Source of the DNA: an uncultured Pirellulales bacterium
GTDB taxonomy: Bacteria > Planctomycetota > Phycisphaerae > Sedimentisphaerales > Anaerobacaceae
Direction of reading: 5' to 3'
Length of the DNA: 39,074 bases
Assembly (NCBI GenBank): GCA_964585535.1
Contig: CAZPDW010000001.1
Coordinates: forward strand, 1-39,074
How positions within the stretch are numbered: the first letter of the stretch is position 1; the number at the start of each line of letters is the position of its first letter. Below, in pieces: positions 32,810-39,074 of this stretch. The notes below the pieces were generated by a model that saw nothing but the letters and a program-made list of their open reading frames with translations, made no database searches and was not told the origin of the DNA. The translations under genes were made by a program, and so were the position numbers.

Positions 32810-34171
32810 ATGGCTGACCGAAAGAAAATCGTCGCGGGAATTGTCGGACTCGGATACGAGGGATATTCGATGGATTTCGTTGATAAGATAACGGCCCGCG
32901 TCCGCAGGGACCTGCAGAAGAGCGACGCCTTTACATTCAGGCGGATACCGAAGATTCAAAACTACGAGCAGGGCCAGGCCGCAATCGAGGCATTTTCGCC
33001 GAAGGGCTGTGATTTGCTCATCGCCGTAGTGGCGAGCTGGCTGGACGGGCGGGGCGCGATGCCCTTCTTGATAGCCAACAAGCAGTTGCCCGTTTTGCTT
33101 TACGCGACGGGCGGCAGGACACAAAAGCCCGGCTACCTGCTGTCGCCAGCGGCCGGCGCCGGCGCGCCGGGGATACTCGAACCGATGAGGGCGGCGGGAA
33201 TCGAATTCAAGTTTTTGCACGAGCCGCCGGATACCAATACAAAGGTCGATGAGATACTGCGGTTTGCCAGGGCGGCAAAGGCGGTCAACAACCTTAAGAG
33301 CAAACGGCTCGGCAGTATGGGCTTTGGCGATATGGGGCTGTACACGACAAACTTCGACAACACGCTTATCAGGAACGTATATGGCGTCCAGACCGAGTTC
33401 TTCGATATGCTCGAGGTGGAAAATGCCGCGGCAGCGGTTGGTAAAGCACAGGCAAACAAAGTCATATCGCAATTGAAAAAAGACTGGAAGTTTTTAGGGC
33501 AGTCCCCGAAAGACGAGACGCTCGAGAGGGTCGCCTCGCTGACGTTAGCCGTCCGCAAAATCATAAGGGAAAAGAAGCTCTCGGCCATATCGCTGAAGTG
33601 TGTCGAGGGTATGATGTCGCATATGGCCTGTGCGCCTTGTATGATAGGCACGCTCGTGGGCGACGACTGCTTTTACGTCTGCGAGAACGATGTGCCGGGT
33701 ATGTTGGGTCACGTTATTTTGAATTCGGTCAGCGGCGAGGTTGCAACGTTTGTTGAGTCGTATGAGCTCTGGGACGACCGGATTCTGTTCGGCGTGTGCG
33801 GTTTTGTGCCGCCTTCAATGATAAAGGGGCCCAAACTGAGCAAGCTGTTCAAGACCGAGCCGTGGGAAGGGCTGATGAACTGCTCGCAGATGAAGACGGG
33901 CAGGGTAACAATGCTCAGGCCTTACTTTACCGGCGGTGCGGCCAGGATTCATCTGGTGACGGCCAAGGCGGTGCCGGCGAGAAAGTGGCTCGAGATAGGA
34001 TTTGAAGAGCCGGGAATGCACCCGAGCGTTGAGATTGTACTCGACGGAACGTTGAGGCATTTCGTTGAGCACGTGCCCGCACAGCACTTTTCGTTGGTCT
34101 ATGGCGACTGGGCGAAAGAAGTTGAGTACCTTTGCAGACTGCTCGGCGTCGAATTAGTTTACGAAGGGTAA
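32810..34171 (+). CDS. Aldose-ketose isomerase of the L-arabinose/L-fucose isomerase superfamily
   Basis: AAGGGAG RBS. The architecture parallels AraA/FucI. N-terminal flavodoxin-like IVGLGYEGYS...LLIAVVASW. Central CENDVPG and FVESYELWD match the positions of AraA GEGDWK and FMEDY. C-terminal AQHFSLVYGDW...LGVEL matches AraA HHTVFSH...HDIEI. Confidence 0.6.
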   Translation: MADRKKIVAGIVGLGYEGYSMDFVDKITARVRRDLQKSDAFTFRRIPKIQNYEQGQAAIEAFSPKGCDLLIAVVASWLDGRGAMPFLIANKQLPVLLYATGGRTQKPGYLLSPAAGAGAPGILEPMRAAGIEFKFLHEPPDTNTKVDEILRFARAAKAVNNLKSKRLGSMGFGDMGLYTTNFDNTLIRNVYGVQTEFFDMLEVENAAAAVGKAQANKVISQLKKDWKFLGQSPKDETLERVASLTLAVRKIIREKKLSAISLKCVEGMMSHMACAPCMIGTLVGDDCFYVCENDVPGMLGHVILNSVSGEVATFVESYELWDDRILFGVCGFVPPSMIKGPKLSKLFKTEPWEGLMNCSQMKTGRVTMLRPYFTGGAARIHLVTAKAVPARKWLEIGFEEPGMHPSVEIVLDGTLRHFVEHVPAQHFSLVYGDWAKEVEYLCRLLGVELVYEG

Positions 34172-34195
34172 TAAAGAACCGGCTGGGAAACAGAA

Positions 34196-35698
34196 TTGGA
34201 CTTTTTTCTATCGCTGGACATCGGGACTACATCGGTAAAAGCTGCGCTTGTCGGCGCGGACGGCGAGATACCGGCCATTGCAGTGAGGGAATACACGCTT
34301 TATACACCGGCTGAGAATATCGTTGAGTTAGAGCCGGAAATTTACTGGCGCCGCTGCGTCGAAGGCATCAAAGAGGTGCTTGATAAAAGCGGGGTCGCCG
34401 CGGGGCAAATCAAATCGGTCGGCGTATGCAGCCAGGGCGAAACGCTCATCTGCCTCGACGAGAATGGCGGGGCATTGCGAAAAGCGATTGTCTGGATGGA
34501 CAACCGCTCGACGAAAGAGGCCGGGGAAATAAAAGCCGCCCTGACAACAGAGAACAATACCGGCCAATTGGATGTCGCCGCCACCTGGCCCGTTACAAAA
34601 ATCCTCTGGCTGAAGAAAAACGAGCCCGAAACTTATCGCAGGGTACACAAATTTGTGCTTGTCGAGGATTATATTCTGTACCGCCTGACGGGGCTGTTCA
34701 AGGGAGAGTATTCGCTTTATACGTCGTCGTTTATGTTAGACATCATCAACAAAAGGTGGTGGACCGAGATACTCGATTATGTCGGTGTGGCGGCCGAGCG
34801 GCTTGTTGAGCTTTGCGAGTCGGGCGAGGTAATCGGCGAGGTTCAGCCGGCTGTCTGCAAAGAGACGGGGCTGGCCGAGGGTATGAAGGTTGTTACAGGG
34901 GCGATGGACCAGACGGCGGCGATGATTGGAGCGGGCAACATCAAAAGCGGCATTGTTACCGAGACCACCGGGGCGGCCTTAGCCGTATGCGGTACAACCG
35001 GCGCGTTTGCGGCCAAAGAGGCGAAACGAACTATGGCGGTCCAATACCACGCCATTGTCGACAAATACCTTATCATCGGCTGGTGTCCAACGGGCGGGAT
35101 GGCGTTTAAGTGGCTGCGTGACACCTTGTTCGGCGCAGAAAAAGGCCGGGCGGCAAAAGACGGAGCCGATGTCTACGACGCAATGACCGCACTGGCGGCT
35201 GAAATCCCGCCGGGCAGCCGGGGGCTGATTTTCCTGCCGTACCTGGCAGGTCCCGGGACGGGCAATATCAGCGCCGATGCAAGGGGGGTATTCTACGGGC
35301 TTGAGCTGCACCACAATCGCGGCGATTTTGCCAGGGCGGTAATGGAATCGGTTGCCTTTGTGCTGAAACAATACGTTGTCGAGATGGGCCGGCTGGGCCT
35401 TGAGTGCAGTGAAATCCGTTCGTTAGGGGGCGGCTCGAAGAGCCGGCTGTGGAACCGGATAAAGGCGGACGTCTTGGGAAAACCTGTAACGACGATGAGG
35501 TGTGGCGAGGCCGCTGCGCTCGGTGTCGCCATTTTGCAGGCCGCGGCAATGGGGACGTTCGATACCATCGAGCAGGCCGTTAAAAGTATGGTGCGGACCG
35601 AATCGGTCGTTGAGCCGGTTGAAGAAAATGTCAGGGTGTACGGCGGGATTTTCGAGAAGTTTTGCGAAATAAACAATAAATGTTTCGGTGTGGTGTGA
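34196..35698 (+). CDS. FGGY family carbohydrate kinase (xylulokinase/fuculokinase-like)
   Basis: TTG start. Motifs FLSLDIGTTSVKAALV, VGVCSQGETL, AIVWMDNRS and GGGSKSRLWNRIKADVLGKPV. Confidence 0.88.
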   Translation: MDFFLSLDIGTTSVKAALVGADGEIPAIAVREYTLYTPAENIVELEPEIYWRRCVEGIKEVLDKSGVAAGQIKSVGVCSQGETLICLDENGGALRKAIVWMDNRSTKEAGEIKAALTTENNTGQLDVAATWPVTKILWLKKNEPETYRRVHKFVLVEDYILYRLTGLFKGEYSLYTSSFMLDIINKRWWTEILDYVGVAAERLVELCESGEVIGEVQPAVCKETGLAEGMKVVTGAMDQTAAMIGAGNIKSGIVTETTGAALAVCGTTGAFAAKEAKRTMAVQYHAIVDKYLIIGWCPTGGMAFKWLRDTLFGAEKGRAAKDGADVYDAMTALAAEIPPGSRGLIFLPYLAGPGTGNISADARGVFYGLELHHNRGDFARAVMESVAFVLKQYVVEMGRLGLECSEIRSLGGGSKSRLWNRIKADVLGKPVTTMRCGEAAALGVAILQAAAMGTFDTIEQAVKSMVRTESVVEPVEENVRVYGGIFEKFCEINNKCFGVV

Positions 35699-35708
35699 GG
35701 ACTGGTAT

Positions 35709-37301
35709 ATGGAAGGAATCGGAACACTCGATATCTTTGTATTTATCAGCTACTTTGTCGTAGTTGTATTTATCGGTTTTTTCGTAGGCAGGAAGAAGAA
35801 GGAATCGGCCCGCGATTACTTTGTAACATCGAGCCGGCTGCCGTGGTACATCATCGGCTTTGCGATGGTGGCCTCTTCGATAAGCACCGAGCAGTTTATC
35901 GGCTCGGCGGGCTTTACGTACAAGTGGGGTATTGCGGTATTCAACTGGGAATGGTGCAACTGGCCTGCGATGCTCATATTAATCTGGATATTTCTGCCTG
36001 TATATCTAAACAAGAAGATAGTTACGATGCCCGGCTACCTCGAGAAGAGGTTCGGGGCCGGGCCCCGCAACGTTTATGCGGCCATCAGCATACTCGCGGC
36101 GGTGCTCATAATCCTTCCCGGGGTACTTTACACCGGCGGGCTGCTTTTGAACCAGATATTTCCCGCAATTTCGATAGGTAAGGGAATCTGGCTGATGGCG
36201 ATAGTTAGCGGGGCGTTTACGATTTACGGCGGGATGATTTCGGTGGCGTGGGCGCAGTTGTTCCAGGCGATTCTGCTGTTAGCGTCGGGGATTCTTTTGT
36301 TCTTTTTAGCCATAGTAAAGGTGCCGGGCGGGCTAAACGCCATTCTGTGGGCGCCGGATGAGGCGAGAAACCACCTCATACTGCCATACAATCACCCGGA
36401 GCTTCCCTGGACGGCCATTATAGTTTTAGTCGTTTCGACAAATATATGGTACTTCTGCACAAACCAGACCATAATCCAGAGCTGTCTCGGTGCGAGGTCG
36501 CGCCGGGACGGCATAATGGGGATAATACTGCTGGGTTTTCTGATGATTTTGACCGGTCTTTCGGTGGAGTTTCCCGGCTTAGTGGCTTATGCGCTCAATC
36601 CTCACCTGGAAAAGGCCGACACCGCCTATCCGTTTGTGGTCAAGCAGCTTGTCAGTACGGGGCTGAAAGGACTGGTGCTGGCCGGTATGTGCGGAGCGGT
36701 TATGAGCACGGTCGAGGCGCTGATGCATTCCTCGTCGGCCATTTTCACGATGGATTTGTACACGAGATTGTTCAGGAAAACGCCCGACAAAAAGCTCATC
36801 ACCATAGGCCGATGGGCCAGCGGCAGCATACTTTTAGTGGGAGCGCTGTGGGCGCCGATGGTCGCAAAATTCCCCGACATATTCAGTTTTTTCCAGCGCT
36901 GCTGGTTTTTCATCGCCGCTCCGGTGGCGGCGGTTTTTATCCTTGCGATACTGTCCAAACGCACCACACGAACCGCCGCTCTCTGGGGTCTGCTGCTGGT
37001 CTTTCCGCTGTTCGTATTGCCGTACATCCTGCTGGCCGGCAAGAAGCATTTCGGCTGGCAGGTGAACGATTTTAATTTAGCCGGCGTTATCTTTGCGTTC
37101 TCTATGGTCTTCATCGCTGTCCTCAGCGCATTCACTAAGCCGGCTAAAGCCGAGCAGATTGAGGGGCTCGTCTGGCGCCCGGCAATGATGAAACTGCCCG
37201 AGGCCGAGCTGGCCGACGGCTATCCGTGGTACAAGAACCTCTGGCTGTGGTGCGGAATCTGGGTGGCCGTAATGGTCGCGATATATGTCAGGTTCTGGTA
37301 G
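35709..37301 (+). CDS. Sodium:solute symporter family (SSS/SGLT-like) transporter
   Basis: The start is set at ATG 35709 (GAGGA 7 nt upstream). About 13-14 TM helices, with SSS-type motifs RDYFVTSSRLPWYIIGFAMVASSISTEQFIG and TMPGYLEKRFG. Confidence 0.85.
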   Translation: MEGIGTLDIFVFISYFVVVVFIGFFVGRKKKESARDYFVTSSRLPWYIIGFAMVASSISTEQFIGSAGFTYKWGIAVFNWEWCNWPAMLILIWIFLPVYLNKKIVTMPGYLEKRFGAGPRNVYAAISILAAVLIILPGVLYTGGLLLNQIFPAISIGKGIWLMAIVSGAFTIYGGMISVAWAQLFQAILLLASGILLFFLAIVKVPGGLNAILWAPDEARNHLILPYNHPELPWTAIIVLVVSTNIWYFCTNQTIIQSCLGARSRRDGIMGIILLGFLMILTGLSVEFPGLVAYALNPHLEKADTAYPFVVKQLVSTGLKGLVLAGMCGAVMSTVEALMHSSSAIFTMDLYTRLFRKTPDKKLITIGRWASGSILLVGALWAPMVAKFPDIFSFFQRCWFFIAAPVAAVFILAILSKRTTRTAALWGLLLVFPLFVLPYILLAGKKHFGWQVNDFNLAGVIFAFSMVFIAVLSAFTKPAKAEQIEGLVWRPAMMKLPEAELADGYPWYKNLWLWCGIWVAVMVAIYVRFW

Positions 37302-37322
37302 CGATAAAGCTATCTCGGCGTA

Positions 37323-39026
37323 TTACTTTTTTGACTTTGGTCCTATCGAGCCGCCATAGATGCGAGCGAGTGCTTCGAGGGATTTCTTGGGTTTGTGGTC
37401 GGCGGTGACAACGCCGTAAGGGCCAAAGACGGCATAATCGATGAACTCACGGCGGTGATAGTAATCGGCCCAGCACCAGAGGACACCCCCGGAGATGTCG
37501 GGGACGTTGTTGATGGCTTCGGCGACCTTTTCGATGTAGCGTGCCTGGAAGTCTTCGGAATAGTGCACGTCACCATGAATACCCTTTATGCCGCGTGTTC
37601 CGAATTCGGTGATGATGATGGGCTTGCTGAAATGTCGCCGCTGGCGTCTGATGTGTTTTTCGGAGGGCTCCCGCACATTGGAATCAAGCTGAGAGTAGTG
37701 ATAGGCAACGGGCTCGGTAAACAGGCCGTAGTATATGTTGAAGCACACTATGTCGGCCTGTTCGAAAGCCAGATGTCCTCTTGCATCGCCGCTGGCAACG
37801 AAAGTCACCGGTCGGGTCTTATCGAGCTCTTTCGTTTTCTTAATAAGCCGGCGCATCACCGTGATACCGATATCATTGTCGGTGGCACATTCGTTGGCCA
37901 TGCTCCAGATGATGATGCAGGGGTGGTTTTTGTCCCTGCGAATCATTTTCTCGAGTGCAGTGGCGGCTGGTTCGAGAATGTCGAGGTTCTGGCGTGCGCC
38001 TTTGCCCCACCAGTCCTGTCCCCACCAGTTCAGCGGCAACTCCTCCATCATCAAAAAGCCCATCTCGTCAAAGAGTGAGAGCGTCTCGGGGGAATTCGGA
38101 TAATGTCCCCTGATAAGATTGACCCCCGTTTTCTTTATCATTCTCAGGTCTTCGGTCACGAGTTCTCTTGGCGGATTAGGGCCGAGCCTGCCGTAGATGT
38201 CATATCGGTTTACCCCTTTGACCTTTAGCTCCCTACTGTTGAGGAACAGCCTTTTGCCCTTTGCTTCGATAGTCCTTACACCGAAACGGTCCGACAAGAC
38301 ATCGATTGTCCGTTGGTCACGAGCGAGTGAAGCGGTGAGCGTGTAGAGAACCGGCGTATCCGGCGACCAGAGTTTCGCTTTTGGCATTGAGAGGTCAAGT
38401 TCAGCGGCTGTGACGGCATTTGGCCTGCAATTTACTTTTTTGCCTGCCGTGCACTCAACGTGTGCAACTTCAACGGCCAGAACTGTCTCAACTGTATCAG
38501 CGGTGCGATTTGTGACTTCGACCTTGCAGGTTACCTGGGCAGCGTTGTTGTGTGGAACCGCGATTATTGTGAGGTCCGAAATATACACGCTCGCTGTGCC
38601 GACCAGATGCACGGGCTGGAGTATTCCGCCGTATTGTACCCACTCTATATTCGAAGCGGCAGGCAGCCATTCGATTCTCGGTTTGTTGTCGACACGCAGT
38701 ACCAGATGATTCGGTATGCCGGGTTTTAGATGTTCGGTAACGTCAAATTCGAAAGGCAGGTAGCCGCCGACATTCTCACCGATAAACCGGCCATTCAACC
38801 ATACTTTTGTGTAGTAGTTCACCCGCCAGAAGACAAGCCTCTGGAACATGCCGGACTTCACAAGCTCAGGTGAGATGGCTGTGCAATACCAGCCGATACC
38901 CTCGTAGCCCCACAGGGCTGTTTCGTAACAGTCCCAGGCGCCTGGGACTTTGACTTTTGTCCAATCGCTTCGCTTAAAATCGTCTGAGAACCATTGTTCT
39001 TTTTCACCGATATTAAATACGTCCAT
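37323..39026 (-). CDS. Glycoside hydrolase family 2 (beta-glucuronidase/beta-galactosidase-like), cytoplasmic
   Basis: Sugar-binding N-domain (WYCT..., VWLNGRFIGENVGGYLPFEFDVT). TIM barrel NLIRGHYPNS, acid/base region NHPCIIIWSMANE and nucleophile region PIIITEFG. No signal peptide. Confidence 0.85.
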   Translation of the reverse strand: MDVFNIGEKEQWFSDDFKRSDWTKVKVPGAWDCYETALWGYEGIGWYCTAISPELVKSGMFQRLVFWRVNYYTKVWLNGRFIGENVGGYLPFEFDVTEHLKPGIPNHLVLRVDNKPRIEWLPAASNIEWVQYGGILQPVHLVGTASVYISDLTIIAVPHNNAAQVTCKVEVTNRTADTVETVLAVEVAHVECTAGKKVNCRPNAVTAAELDLSMPKAKLWSPDTPVLYTLTASLARDQRTIDVLSDRFGVRTIEAKGKRLFLNSRELKVKGVNRYDIYGRLGPNPPRELVTEDLRMIKKTGVNLIRGHYPNSPETLSLFDEMGFLMMEELPLNWWGQDWWGKGARQNLDILEPAATALEKMIRRDKNHPCIIIWSMANECATDNDIGITVMRRLIKKTKELDKTRPVTFVASGDARGHLAFEQADIVCFNIYYGLFTEPVAYHYSQLDSNVREPSEKHIRRQRRHFSKPIIITEFGTRGIKGIHGDVHYSEDFQARYIEKVAEAINNVPDISGGVLWCWADYYHRREFIDYAVFGPYGVVTADHKPKKSLEALARIYGGSIGPKSKK

Positions 39027-39074
39027 TTGGAACTGCCAATTATCAGAAAGCGTATGGACAGTCCGTTTTGAGAG

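Noticed and set aside
32729-33472. 247-aa ORF on the - strand overlapping the isomerase gene and its promoter
   Set aside because: It is an antisense shadow ORF that would start inside the isomerase coding region and run through the shared promoter module. No motif or RBS is present.

Overview
Gene-dense, GC-rich chromosomal window. The Tat-signal Gfo/Idh/MocA oxidoreductase, many secreted carbohydrate-active-looking proteins and a Planctomycete-type transposase-like remnant suggest a PVC/Planctomycetota-like (Phycisphaerae-like) genome; this is a guess only. No rRNA, CRISPR array, intact mobile element or recognisable defence genes. In order: (1) a G-depleted, T-tract-phased non-coding tract, then comF, nagA and a DUF5009-type acyltransferase. 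(2) tRNA-Leu(GAG). (3) A tetrapyrrole supercluster (cobA-hemD fusion, hemL, a NirJ/AhbC/AhbD-type radical SAM, hemA, an AhbA/B-type siroheme decarboxylase subunit, hemC), which points to the siroheme-dependent alternative heme route. (4) Housekeeping and envelope genes: two hypotheticals, a homocysteine S-methyltransferase domain protein, waaA, a CapD/WbpM-like dehydratase and a class IV aminotransferase. (5) A roughly 1.2 kb AT-richer scar holding a transposase-like C-terminal fragment, a small membrane ORF and a YD/RHS-repeat fragment. (6) An 18 kb carbohydrate-utilisation locus (21.1-39.0 kb). It has a DeoR regulator, a class I aldolase, an atypical MDR dehydrogenase and a four-gene operon of secreted proteins: three paralogs I cannot assign to a family plus a 625-aa unknown. 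It also has an AraA/FucI-superfamily isomerase, an FGGY kinase, an SSS transporter, a cytoplasmic GH2 and a class III aminotransferase. The strongest sequence-level signal is a 48-bp promoter/operator module present twice, 43/48 identical and in inverted orientation, upstream of the aminotransferase and of the isomerase operon. This ties them into one putative regulon. That locus is my best candidate for an uncharacterised system, but its function is inferred, not demonstrated.
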